Positions 1 through 13,500 of a DNA stretch of 64,000 nucleotides are shown in pieces (positions within the stretch are counted from its first letter, which is position 1; each line of letters begins with the position of its first letter). The notes beneath the pieces are model-generated. The model was not told the origin of the DNA. It searched no databases and saw only the letters and a list, made by a program, of their open reading frames with translations. The DNA is from Phoronis australis. Its lineage: Eukaryota; Animalia; Phoronida. The position numbers were made by a program, and so were the translations under genes. The DNA is taken from assembly GCA_002633005.1 (NCBI GenBank), contig NMRA01000913.1, forward strand, positions 37,573 to 101,572, written 5' to 3'.

Positions 1-59
1 GAATTAATCATATTCAAAAAAAATTTCAAAAAATAATTGCAGGCGGTCTGGTACACTCA

Positions 60-145
60 TGGGTCTAGCAGTGTGGCCCAGTAAAACTCGAACCCACGAC
101 CTCGAGTAAAGAAGGCGGGCACCTATCGCACTAGGCCACACTGCC
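60..145 (-). mobile_element. tRNA-derived SINE-like head
   Basis: Minus strand reads GGCAGTGTGGCCTAGTGCGATAGG (A-box-like) ... GGTTCGAGT (B-box-like). The cloverleaf is degenerate and an 11-bp inverted repeat closes the structure. Confidence 0.55.
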
Positions 146-1360
146 TCCTCAATCACATTTGAATACGTTGAGGTCACATATGACATTTGGCTTACGAAAT
201 ATGCCTCACATGCCTTAATCAGTGAATGAGTGAATGAGTGGATGAGTGAATGGCACAATATTTGTGGTGGATAACTGCTGATAAAAACCACACTTTCAAT
301 AACTGTGAAAATAACAATCATTCAGGTAAGGAGGCTCATTGTGACAAATGCTATGACTTTTCACTACTGAAGTCTTAATGTTCATTTCTTGCTTTGATTA
401 TAATGTAACTGCTGGTGACCTAGTATGGTTGCTGGTCAATGTATATTTTATGGGTTGAACAAAATATTGTATCCTGACAATGTCCACATTTGGCTTAACG
501 CGCATCCCAAAATGGTCGACAATTTCACTTTAATATGTAGTCCATACTTTTATACTGTTTGTTAAATTACATTTTTGAATGGCCATATTTTGTTGGAGTT
601 GATTTTTTAATTTGTCTGTTTGAATGTAGTTTTAACTCCAAAAGATGCAGTAAATCATGTAAGGGTCATTTCTCTGAAAATAGCATTTTTACCTAAATTG
701 TGTAATAGGTCTTCAATTGCAAGTTACAACTTTTTTAAAGAAAACTACAATTGTTATATATCCAAGGAGTCCAGTTATATGTAATATATTTTTCAGTTAA
801 AGTCAAGTTATTTTTAATTATTAAGCTGATTAAGTGCTCTTGGTCAAAGTGAGGCAAGATTTGTCTTTTTTCATTAACTGCATTTTAAATTAATTAATTG
901 TACCATAGTTTATAAACCCATTGTTTTTAAATCAAACAGCTATACATATCTGTTGACGTGGACAACTCTGGCATAATAGAAATATTTCTTGACATTTCCT
1001 GCCTGCACTCTTTTCACAAGTCAGATCTTGTACATGTATCTTGTATAATGTATCTTGTATTATGTATCTTGTATATGTATCTTGTTTGGTGGTAGGTATT
1101 CTCATATGTGATGGTGTGCATAGAATTGTAGTTTTTATGGAGGGCAGATATCCAGTGGCGCTTGTAAGGGAAGATTTCACGCTCAACTAAAGGAGTAATG
1201 CTGGTCTGATGGCCAGTATTAGAAAGCAACAACTGCTCTATACTTTCTGTTTTCCTAGATAACTTTAACGTGCACTGTAGAGGAACGAGCATTGTCCATC
1301 ACTTGTTCAGGTACTATCTGGCCTCCATCTCTCGTGTAATTTTCTATTCCCTGCTTGCAG

Positions 1361-1591
1361 TAGATTTAGACCCCCTTTCATCACTGTTCCTCCTCAAAAC
1401 GTGGCTGTGCCTACATCACCCATGCCAGACATTCCATGTCAACCTGGTAGACCTGACTTCCAGTTCCCATCAGGTCCTGCCTCTGGTAGACAAGAGATCA
1501 ACTACCCTCTCATCTCTGCCTCTAGTAGAGGAGAGTTCTTTCCTCCATCTTTTGTGACCAGCAAGCCACGACCCTGTCCCATCCACCACAG
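1361..1591 (+). CDS. OTUD4: OTUD4-like internal exon (FRPPFITVPPQN...PCPIHH)
   Basis: Polypyrimidine tract plus CAG/TAG tandem acceptor; donor AG|GTAAAA; open Pro-rich frame; phase matches the next exon. Confidence 0.7.
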
Positions 1592-4500
1592 GTAAAATGC
1601 ATAATTACATGTTTAGCTGCTAATTGATCTCCATTAACCTTTCCTCTTGTACTCTTGTAGTTTAGCCACAGTGATTTCTAATTTAGTTTTTCAATTGGGG
1701 TGTAACTGAGTCCTGGCCACTGCTATAAACTATGGAGTAATTGTTGAAACTTAAATCTGTGACCAACAGACACCAAGCCCATATACACAAACCCTTGGTG
1801 ACCGGCAGACACCAAGCCCACATAGTACCACAGGTGTCCTCAGCTTCTAACCATACCCAATACACTATATAGAATACTACAAGGTATTACATGCACTCCG
1901 GATTAGAAATTCCACAGGTTTTAAGCTTTAGTCGTCCATAGCAAACACAAAACTCAATAAAGTTACACAAAATTGGTTCAACAAACCATGAGGAATTTTT
2001 CTTTCTCCCAATACCAATTAAGATGTCCTGCTCTACCAAGCTCGCAACAAATTCACGGTCAAAGCACAAAAATCTTCGCAAAAGTCTCTGTGTACTATCA
2101 ATATGCTACTCGGAAATTGCTGGTTTGTCACGGAAGGTCACGACATCAATAACCATTTCGTATCCTTCCGTGATGAACCGGCAAATTGCCATCCATTGGT
2201 AACTCATCGGATTATTTCGTACCCTATTTAACCTATTTGACTCAAGTGAAGCATATTGATAGTACGCAGTGACTTTTTGGGAAGATACTTGTGCTTTGAC
2301 TGCGAATTTGTTGTGAACACTGTGTAGAGCAGGACATCGTAAATAGTATTGGGAGAAAGAACAGTTCCTCATGGTTTGTTGAACCTCTGTTTTGTGCAAA
2401 TTTATTGAGTTTTGTGCTTGCTAGCGACGGCTGAAGTGAAGCACCCATGGAATTTCTTAAGTCCGGAGTGTCATACCTTTTAGTATATATTATATTTATA
2501 GTGTGTTGGGGACGATCAGAAGCTGAAGATGCCTTTGTATAGTACAAACCCTTGGTGACTAGCAGACACCAAGCCCATAGTACAAACCCTAGGTGACCAA
2601 AGTACATTTTCTAGAGACCTACATCCAGTCTGGGGGTGTAGTCCTAATGAAGATTACCATATTTGCCCTAATAAGTGCCCATGCCCCTATAAGCGTCCCC
2701 CACACGTTTTCAGACTTCGCTAAAATAAGCGCCCAGTCCATGAACGCCGTGTGCATGCGAAAAATGCCTTACCTACAGTTCTAAAATTCTACAATAATGT
2801 CTTCAATTTATCAATAATATCCGACAGTCCTGAAAAAATTATTGTGCATGGATTTACAGACCATGAGCCTTGCCACTATGTCAGTATTTAGCCGTGACTA
2901 TACACTTCAAACTTCCGCCATGCTTCAAAAAGAACGCACGCGCGAATCGATGACTAATAACTTGACCTTTGTTCAGTTAAAAGCACGTGGCCAGGAAGAG
3001 CGTGCTGCATTCAAGTACCTGTCATTGAAGATTAGTCTTCAGGAACTATCTATTCATGAAAAGAGTATAGCATTGGCAAGAAATAAATACTGGCACTTAT
3101 TTCCGAAAGTTTCTAATACCGTAAAAGACGTGCATTATTTTCATGGGGGAATTATTAAATAAGTCGTAATTACGTGTTTTTAAAGTCAAAATGACCTACT
3201 ATAGTGAACACTTCCGCACCCTTACACCCCCCGAATCTCGCGAAAAATAACTGTTAGACTGTCACGCATCCAGTCACCCGGCGACTCAATGACATCGGCC
3301 TTACTGAGACAATTCTGGAACGTTCTTTAGCAGATGAGATCAGCAAGTGCTAAATAGAACACCGTTTGCTTTACTGCTTGACGTGCTAATTTGAAAGTTA
3401 CAATATGAACACCTTGATCGTTACATCGCGTTTACTTTGGCAAATGAAGTCTGATGACATGCACGCGCTCACTCACACAATACGCAGACAAACTTCAAAA
3501 CAAACATCACGTGACAACAACGTGTGTTCGTCCAGAGATTTTTTCGTGTTGCGGAGTACGATCTAGTGCAGATTTGGACTTAATTATGCTGTTTATCCCT
3601 ACTCCACAGGAACTTAAATATCTTAGGGATGCTATTTTGAAAACTTTAGGAGGACTTCAGGTAATTTGTTGAATCGAAACTATATTAATTTTTACTTAAG
3701 AATTTAAGTTGACCTATGGGTGATCGCAAGGCAGCGACGCATCAGTCGGGGAGTTTTCGCACTGGGATTTTCTGAATAATACTCGAAATTAAAAAAAAGC
3801 TTGATAGCAAGCGCACTGCAATTTTGTAAAAACTCTATCATAGGTTACAAATGAGTCACAGAGCGTAAATTTGATGAATTCTAGTTTACGATTTCACCTG
3901 TTTTGGAAACCGGGTTTCAACAACTGTTGAGGTATAATAAGCGCCCCCCTTCCTGAAGCGAGTTTTTCTAAGCGCCCTGGGTGCGAATATGGCAAGTTCC
4001 TGGTTATGTGGCTTTTTCAGTGGCACAATATACTGCAGGTTTGGTGTCTGCTGATCTCATAGTGACTGTTTGATCATTCCTACCCCTACTTCACACGATC
4101 AGATTCAGTTATGTATTGTGTTTTAAAGTTGTTTTATTTTAAGTTGGAAATTCTTCATGTCTTATTTTGTTTAGTCATTATTTGTTTCCTGTTGGCATGC
4201 AAATTAGCAGAATTGTTTGAACGCTCTGTGAAAACAGTGAATGTTAGTATGTTAGTGGTATATTGTGCACTGTGAATCGGCCTGTTGTTTAAGCACCCCT
4301 GCCACTCAGTGGTGCATAAATGTGGCCACTAATAGGCAAGGGGACTTTATAAATCAGCTAGTAAGTACACTGCTAGTTTTGAACCCTGGCACAAGATGAG
4401 ACCAATTTATGAAAGTCAGTGAGTCGTGTATTTCAAAAGGTATTTCTGTTACATCATCCAGAACAAGGCAGCGTGGGCTGAATTCTCTAGGTCGCCACTG

Positions 4501-7500
4501 TTTACAGTTCCATAATTATCCTATTTCAGAAATGTAAGTCACTCGTTGCCAGACGATCAAGCCACTCAACGTGGAGATCATGACAGTGAAGAGTTTCCAT
4601 CTGATGGTGCGTCATTCCCTGCTCTGCCAGTTGCGGTAAGGTGTAAAATTTTGACTATTGCCATTTATGATCGACATATGTCCCGAATAATAAATAAGTG
4701 ATACGTGCGTCGCAAGCTCGTTACCAGAGATGAAAAGGAGACCGAGGTAGGCGATATAAGGTCATTTATTATGACTAGTACAATTACAATAAAATGAATA
4801 CAGGTAAATAACGTATAATAGGTAATCTCTGGTAAGATGGGCAATAAAAAGCGCCACAAGAGATGTAAAGACAGCTCATGCCCATCCGCAGGGACGCACA
4901 AAGGGAGAGAAATGAAAAGAGATTTGGACTTGGGTGTGGAGATAATAACCTGTTGGTCGTCCTGGAGAGTGATGGAGAGGACAGGAGGCAGAGGAGTGAG
5001 TCTCAGGGTAGAGCAAATGGTAAAAGTCTACAAGTTAGTCAGTGCATGATAATCAGATTGCAAACCTTATCGTCCAGATTAAAACCTAACGGTAAAGGGT
5101 CATTACCGGAAAGCGGCGGCAAGCTGTGAGGTGAAGCGGGTGGTAGCGGTCCAGGTCTGGTGGCGGAGACAGCAGCAGGTTGAGGCGCTGGTGCAGGGGC
5201 AGTGGTCGATGGAGAAGAGAGCGATGGCACAGGAGTGGACGGCAGCAGTAGTGAGGGGTCCGCTCGTAGATGCGTGATGACAGAGGCCACGATGGTGGAG
5301 ACATCGGGAGACGGCTGAGTACCAGGGGTGGTGGCTGCGGTCACCGGGGAAGCCGGTGACGGGCGAGCGTACGGCGAGTTGATGGAGCTAGATGATCGGC
5401 GAGGCATCTGAAAGAGAAAGAACAGGGAGAAGACGGACTAGTACGGGCATGGCGGGCCACAGGCAATGGGCCGAAGGGTCAAAGGGACACAGGTCAAAAG
5501 TGACAAATAACAAATTAAAAACTAAACTGAAACTGAATGGTTATATGAACATGGGGGGGTGACATAAGGTACCTCCGATAGAGGGCACAGAAGGTGTAGA
5601 GACATAATATACAAGGAAGGAAGGGTGGGGGGGGTAGCACACAGTGCTAGTCAGGCACACAGTGCCGAAAAACGCCTGGACACAGAAGGCACAAAGGGAT
5701 TGGGAGCACAATGCACACAGTGCTAGGCAGGCAAACGGTGCCGCAAAGCGCCTCTGACAAAGAGGGCACAAGGAGTGGGGGCACAAGTGTACAAGAAAAC
5801 AAGGGGGGGAGAGCAAATGAAACAGGACATGAAGGGGATCGAACGCAAGAGTAAAGTGTGCCGGGGGAGACTGGGCAAAATGGCCCGGCCGGACGTAGTA
5901 CGAACCAAGACAAGCACAATGAATAGGCATAGTGAGAACATGAAAAAAGAACTTACCCTGAGGGGCTTGATGGTGCAGGAGAAAGGAAGCGGGAAAGTTG
6001 AACAGGAAGGCGAAAGTGAGTAAGTTGTAGACGTAAAATTAAATTTGAATGAGTTTTGACGTACGACAATGTGGCCGGAACGAAGTGAATTGAAAGCGAG
6101 GTTACAATAACAAAGACAAACGCCCCTAAAGACACGTGACAATCATCAGCCTATAAGAGCCAAGAGCTGACCAAACTCGAGGCACGTGATAACAGCGGAT
6201 CCAGGATTTTGAGTTAGCCCAGGGCCGGGGCACAGGAATAACCAAAACTTCGGCAGATGTGCCCGGCCAGCCTAAAGCATGGGGATGCAGGAGTCTCGAA
6301 TTTTTGAGGTTGCGGACCTGTTGACAAAAAAAACTGGTAAACCGGGTTTGTTCAGGCCTATGCATTGTTTATTCGCCCACGAGCCCCCCTGGTTGCGTGC
6401 GTGTGCTTATAGTCAGCAATTCGCACCGAACTCCCAAATGGTATCTGTTAAAATTTTAGGGGGGGGCATGGCCCCCTTGCCCCCCCCCAAATCCGCCACT
6501 GTAGCTGTATTTTGACAATAGTGTTCATACAGGTAGCTGGCTGGCTGGCTGGCTACGCAAGACGATACGTCATCCAACAGAGTAACTACATTTAATAGAA
6601 ATATTGCATGCATTTCACTCGCGGTGAGCACATGGACCTGTCTTTTGCCTAAGTTCCTTTTTCTTCGTTTCGGACTAGTTTACAAATTCCTTTCTCCATG
6701 CACTGACTGTGACATTTTGTATACAGACTAATCGCAACGGTTAGCATCTGATTTGGCAGGAGCACACTGTGTCAATGTTTTTTACTGCACCACTGGAAAA
6801 TGATAGAATGTTCCGAAAATTCACTCGCCACCTGGGCGACCGGCAAGTGCACTTCTACTCGCTTAGTACTATTTTACTCGCATTGGCGACTGGGCGAGTG
6901 GCTAAGTATATCCCTGCTGATTGTTGCAGTTTTGACAACATTGACCCTCAGTATACTTGTATGTAATACAGAGTATTATTGTCACAATGAGGAAAAGTGG
7001 TTGTATGTAGTAAGTAAAAGGTAACTGGGACTACCGCTGTTATTTCATTTCCGGCGGTGTTTTGACAAACATGATTGAAGAAAGTGACATTATATGATAT
7101 TTTTTCAAAAATTTGAAACAAAAAATGTTGTGTTATGCAAAACTATAACTTTGCAATAGTACACTGAATACAGAACAGCCATAAACTTCGTCAAAAAAGA
7201 GGCCGGACTCCGATAACCGAGTAAAATATGTAATTCCAAAGTAATAAACTGGATCAGACATGACATAAGAATGGCCGATCACAAATTAAGAACAATCCTA
7301 TGAAGGAAATTCTTCGCTGCACCCTTTGTCCTGTCTGTTCGACTACTACTTCAGTTTGGCAGTACCAACATGACGTTCATTTGACGACTAACTTGTCTGC
7401 TTGTTAGAATTGACATGTTCGGTCGCTAAATAACCTGTCTGTTTGTCAAAATTTAACTAAATAATCTGTCTGTTTGCCAAAACTGAACTAAATAACCTGT

Positions 7501-10500
7501 CTGTTTGAAAACTTGTTCGTTCGACAGTGTTTATTTATGATCGACATATGTCCCGGATAATAGATAAATGATACCTGCGTCGCAAGCTCGTTACCAGAGA
7601 TGAAAAGGAGACTGATGTAGGCGATATAAGGTCGTCTAGTACAATTACAATAAAATGAATACAGGTAAATAACGTATAATAGGTAATCTCTGGTAAGATG
7701 GGCAATAAAAAGCGTCAGCCACGTGGAAGTACGAGAGAATGACGAAAACTGGGAGAAGAGGGTGGGAAAATTGAATGAGTTTTTGATGTACGACAATGTG
7801 GCCGGAACAAAGTGAATTGAAAGTGAGGTTACAATAACAAAGAAGAACGCCCCTAAAGACACGTGACAATCATCAGCCTATAAGAGCCAAGAGCTGACCA
7901 AACTCGAGGCACGTGATAACAACAGAGCAATGCTAAGGCTGTGTTTATTTTAATTGAACCTTTTCACTGCCCATACTTTGTGATCTATATTTCCATGCTT
8001 AAGTTAAAGATTTACATATTCATAAAGCATAATTTATGATAAACTGTTGTTTGGCATGCTCTAGCTGTGGAGAGATGATGATGTTGCCTACAGTTACATG
8101 ATCATGTGTCTGTTACATTATTGCAGACTCAGACGGCATCCATAAGTATTCCAAGCCAGGATCACAGAGTTGAACAGACCAAAGAATGCGCAGAAAGTGG
8201 TACGATTCTAACTAATGTGAAGTTTGGTACACAGTGTCTGGTTTGCCTCGTACAAACTTGTCTGTTAATGTCTGTTAATTGTGTTGCAAAACTGATATTT
8301 TCACAAATCATTGATTGTGGAATTCATGATTTATTTTTAGGAATTTAAAGAAAATAAATCAATACTGTCCTCGTACACAATATGTTTTGCATTTTCTAAT
8401 TTGTTGTTTAAGTTGAAGCTGGTAAAATGATGCTAAACACTGGTTTTGTTGATTATAACAATCCTTGTTCTGTCCCCTAAATGTAAACCATTAGTGTCTC
8501 ACTAGACTGATAAATGCATTCCATCTTAACTAATTGTACCAGTCCTACTCAATGTGTTACAAACTGGATCAGAGTTTGTGGCTATTCGTCTTTTCCTACA
8601 GATGTCATGTAAATTGCATATAATTTAAAGTGTAGTTAATGCTTTCCTGTTTAACAGATTTGTAAAAGGTTTTCAAAATTTGCTCCAGTCAACCAAACTT
8701 TTGAGGTTTTTGTGTGCCCACATATTTTTATGTTTGGGTGCATATTGCTGTCATCTCTGTCTGGGCGTCTGGCGTCCACGGCTGTATTTCCTAAACCCCT
8801 TGAAGGATTTTACTGAAATTTGGCAAGTGTGTTCCTTTGGGCTGACGACAGAGGACGACTAGTTTCGGACCGACCTGAATACCACTGTGCCCTCCAGTGT
8901 CAATTTGTTTTTTTTTACATTTGCCTCTGTATCTTCAGAGTGCCTCGATGGATTTTTATGAAATTCAGCAAACAGGTTTTTAATACGGAAGCGATGTTGC
9001 TATTTTTTGTGGATGGATTTGATGCGTTTTTACGTCACCTTGTGGCCATTTTTGTTATTTTTGCACCCGTTTTCTGGCGTAGTCTGCCTCTCTATCTGCC
9101 ATACTGCTCAAAGGTTCATTGTGTAAATTTACAGATGTGTTGCCGATGAGAAGGCCACGACTGATGTTGACTTTCGGATGGGTCTGGCCACTGTGTGGTA
9201 ATTTTGTTTTTTGTGGTCTGCGGCTGAATCTCGTTAGCCCTTTGAAGGATCATAATGAGATTTTACAAATGTGTTCCTATAAAGCTGACGACAGACGACC
9301 GCAAGTTTCGGACCGATTCAGCTACTGCTCTGTCCCCCAGTGGCAATTATATTTTTTTGTTTTCCTTAGTTTTTATCTTTAGAGTTCCTGAATGGATTTG
9401 CATGAAATTTGGGAATAGGTTTCTATTAAAGAGATCATGATGCTTTCCTGTTTTCGGAAGGATTTGGCGTATTCTGCGCCACCTGGTGGCAAATTATAAA
9501 AAATTGGATTTGTTTTTACGCCCACCTTGTGTGTCTGCTAAATTTCTCAAAGGATCGTTATGAAAATTGGCTTATGCATTTCTGATGAGAACACCACGGC
9601 TGACACTGATTTTCGGATATGTTCATGCTATAGCGATCCCTAGTGGCATTTTTTTGCGTCTACATCTATATCTCCTTAACTCTAGGGATAATTTTGACAA
9701 TTGGCGTTTATGTTTCTACTGTGAAGGGGACAGCTGATGATTTTCATACGACTCAAGTGGCAGTTTTTTGCGTCTATGGCTGTATCTCCCAAACCCTTTG
9801 CAGGATTTTATTAAATTTGGCAAGTGTATTCATACGAAGTTGACAAAGGACAACGACTACATTTGGACGATCGGAATACTGTTGTGCCAGCTCAGTCATG
9901 ACGGCGAGTTTTGGACGGATGCAACTGCAGGACGTGTACTCCCTTGAATTTTATTTTTTACATTTTGCACTGTAACTTCACAGTCTCTTGATGGTTCATG
10001 AAGTTTATTGTCAAACATTTTTGTATTATGAAGTTTATTGTCAAACATTTTTGTATTATGAAGTTTATTGTCAAACATTTTTGTATCATGAAGTTTATTG
10101 TCAAACATTTTTGTATTATGAAGTTTATTGTCNNNNNNNNNNNNNNNNNNNNNNNNNNNNNNNNNNNNNNNNNNNNNNNNNNNNNNNNNNNNNNNNNNNN
10201 NNNNNNNNNNNNNNNNNNNNNNNNNNNNNNNNNNNNNNNNNNNNNNNNNNNNNNNNNNNNNNNNNNNNNNNNNNNNNNNNNNNNNNNNNNNNNNNNNNNN
10301 NNNNNNNNNNNNNNNNNNNNNNNNNNNNNNNNNNNNNNNNNNNNNNNNNNNNNNNNNNNNNNNNNNNNNNNNNNNNNNNNNNNNNNNNNNNNNNNNNNNN
10401 NNNNNNNNNNNNNNNNNNNNNNNNNNNNNNNNNNNNNNNNNNNNNNNNNNNNNNNNNNNNNNNNNNNNNNNNNNNNNNNNNNNNNNNNNNNNNNNNNNNN

Positions 10501-13500
10501 NNNNNNNNNNNNNNNNNNNNNNNNNNNNNNNNNNNNNNNNNNNNNNNNNNNNNNNNNNNNNNNNNNNNNNNNNNNNNNNNNNNNNNNNNNNNNNNNNNNN
10601 NNNNNNNNNNNNNNNNNNNNNNNNNNNNNNNNNNNNNNNNNNNNNNNNNNNNNNNNNNNNNNNNNNNNNNNNNNNNNNNNNNNNNNNNNNNNNNNNNNNN
10701 NNNNNNNNNNNNNNNNNNNNNNNNNNNNNNNNNNNNNNNNNNNNNNNNNNNNNNNNNNNNNNNNNNNNNNNNNNNNNNNNNNNNNNNNNNNNNNNNNNNN
10801 NNNNNNNNNNNNNNNNNNNNNNNNNNNNNNNNNNNNNNNNNNNNNNNNNNNNNNNNNNNNNNNNNNNNNNNNNNNNNNNNNNNNNNNNNNNNNNNNNNNN
10901 NNNNNNNNNNNNNNNNNNNNNNNNNNNNNNNTTTTTAATTCTATGTTTCTGTGGTGCTTTAAGCAACTGGTGTATAGGATGTGCTTGTATTATGAAGATT
11001 ACTCACATTTTGCCCCTAGCCTATTGAGGAGACATCATGCCTTTCCATTTTGCTAAGTACAACATACTACATATATGCCCTCTACTGGCCACTTTGTGGT
11101 ACCAATAAACAACCCTAGAAGGATACCGTATGCGGTGCAATTGTGGGCGCATTTCAACGCTCTGCGTTGCTCTTGTTTACATTTTGCACTGTAACTTCAC
11201 AGTCTTTTGATGGTTCATGAAGTTTATTGTCAAACATTTTTGTATTATGATGGTGGCAACACCTTTCCTTTTTTGTTTTAGGTTCGACGTATTTGAGTAG
11301 TGGCCATTTTAATTACTTTTGGTCTTGTTTTTTTGTCGTCTGCTACTGTTTCTGGCAAACTGTTTGCAGGATCATTATGAAAATTGGCTGATGTGTTTCT
11401 ACTGACAAGAGCATGAGTGATGCTGATTTTCAAAGGGGTGCAACTACTGTGGTGCCCCCTAGTGACATTTTTTCACATCTAAAACTGTATGTCCTAAACC
11501 CCTTACAAGATGATTTTGAAATTTTGCAATAACTATTCCTGTTAACTTGACATCAAACGGACAGATCCGACTATGGCTGTGGTTCCTAGTGACATTTTTT
11601 TGCCCTTGTATCTTTAGAGTTCTTTGATGGATTTTCATGAACTTTGACAAATAGTCTGGAGAGATGACACCTTCCCATTTTTGGGTGGGTTCAATATATT
11701 CTGTGCCATTTAATGGCCATATAATACAAATAAACACCCCTAGAAGCAACACCATTTGCGATGCAGTCGTGGGTGCATTTCAATGCTCCGCGTTTCTCTT
11801 GTTGTTTAAGAGATCTGGATGGTAAAGTCATTATTTAAATATCATTCCTTCATTAGGCCACAACCTGGCTTAGTATCCTTTTAACATCATTTTTCGTTTT
11901 GTTTCTAGACTTGTCTAACAGAGGGAGTCTGACCTCTCCTCCACGTCCAGCACTCCCCGTGGCCCAACCTGTACCCTTCACTCAAGTATGCAGTGTGGGT
12001 GGGCCTCAACAGGGTCAGTATGTCCACTTTGTTCCGCCCCAGGGCTACGGACCCCCTATTGCTCATGTCCCCTTCCATCCCTACGTTGCTATACCTGGAA
12101 TGGACACTTGTCAAGGCATGGTCAACTACAGTGCTGCCCCCTCTAGGGACCAAAATGGTGCCGATCTTCCACTTGGTGGTAAGACATGCTGTGTTCATTA
12201 AAATAAATTAACTAAAGGTAGTCTGTTTAACCTTTCAGGGGTCTTTAGTTAAGAGAACTGTTAAGTGAGTGAAAAGGTTTAATACTGTGCAAAGAAATTA
12301 AATAGAATGTGCTTTAACTTGATTTGCGTTGTTTTTACAGATATTGCAACTCTACGATTTTTCTACAATCTTGGAAATGAGGTAAGCCTTGGTGACATAA
12401 GATCTGAAAGGTGATTATTTTATCTGTATGCACCTGCATATTTATAAGATGTTGCACATTGCCATATTTGTCTGACTCTGGCGTCTGTTTGCCAGTCCTT
12501 CTGGCATGACTGCTTGTCCATCTGGCGGATGTCCAACTGGCGGATGTCCAACTGGCGGATGTCCATCTGGGTGGCTACCCATAGCAGGACTGATGAGAAT
12601 GTTCGGAAAGAGAATTCCTATGAACGTGACAATGGGAGATGATGACTTTCAGACATGTCCAACTACCACCACACCCCCTCATAGCAACTTTGCCTCTATC
12701 TTTTAAGTTCCTTGACGGGTGTTCATGGGATTTGAAGAAGCCAATATTGGCTTCCTGTTTTCAGATAGTTACAACATACCACGCTGTGGCCATTTTTTCT
12801 GTTTTTGAGTCTATTTTTAGCATCCACCTCTGTCCGGAAAACTGCCAGATGTGCTTCTGCTGAGCTGACTTTAATTTTGGACATCTCAATACTCCGTTCC
12901 CCTTTGCATCTGTTACTGTATCTCTTTAACCCCTTTGCAAGATCTTTTTGAAATTTGCCAAGTGTATTTCTAAGAACATGACAACAAGTGGTGACGACTT
13001 CTGGTCGTGTCCAATTCCCTCTATGCCCCCTCGTGACAATTTAAGTTTTTTACATTTTTCTCTGTGTCTTCAGATGTCCTTGACACATTTTCATGAAATT
13101 TGGCAGCTGAATATTAGATTTTTATTTACAAAACAATGACGTCTTCCCATTGCTGCAACTTAGTGGTAATTTTGAATATCTTTGAGGGGTATTTTTGGTA
13201 TCTACCTGTCGATCACCCAAACTGTTGCAAAGATCATTGTTTCTACTGAGAATAGTCTGGCCGACAACATATTTTTGGATGAGGCCGAGTACTGCGGTGC
13301 CCTTCTTTAACAAATTCATTTTTCCTGTGGCTCAATATCTTCTACCAAGTTCCTTGATATGTGTTTCTATTGAGGAGTACAACTGATTTGAGGAGAGCAC
13401 GACCGCCAATGATTTCCTGGTACCATGAAAACCAGTACTCTCAATATCTAGTATCAAGTTGGATTATCATGAAGCATACGTGTTCTTACGAAGGAGAGCA

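Larger units (their letters stand above)
8707..11802 (+). mobile_element. Helentron-associated (HINE/DINE-like) element, older copy, with the 3' end of a younger copy nested at 10932-11177
   Basis: 5' TTTTTGTGTGCCCACATA..., internal ~150-bp repeats, 3' GTGGGTGCAT + hairpin + CTCTTGTT. Segment 10932-11177 is nearly identical to 51199-51432. Confidence 0.75.

Noticed and set aside
60-145. Functional tRNA gene (also 36020-36090)
   Set aside because: A/B-box-like motifs are present, but I could not fold a canonical cloverleaf or anticodon arm, so both are treated as tRNA-derived repeats.
223-1310. Possible extra OTUD4-like exons (ending 326 at CAG|GTAAGG; 1259-1310)
   Set aside because: The phases would fit, but the first has no convincing acceptor and the second leaves a 50-nt intron. 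No homology support.
9896-11056. Long ORFs of 299-356 aa
   Set aside because: Artefacts of translating through the N gap and the 30-bp repeat.
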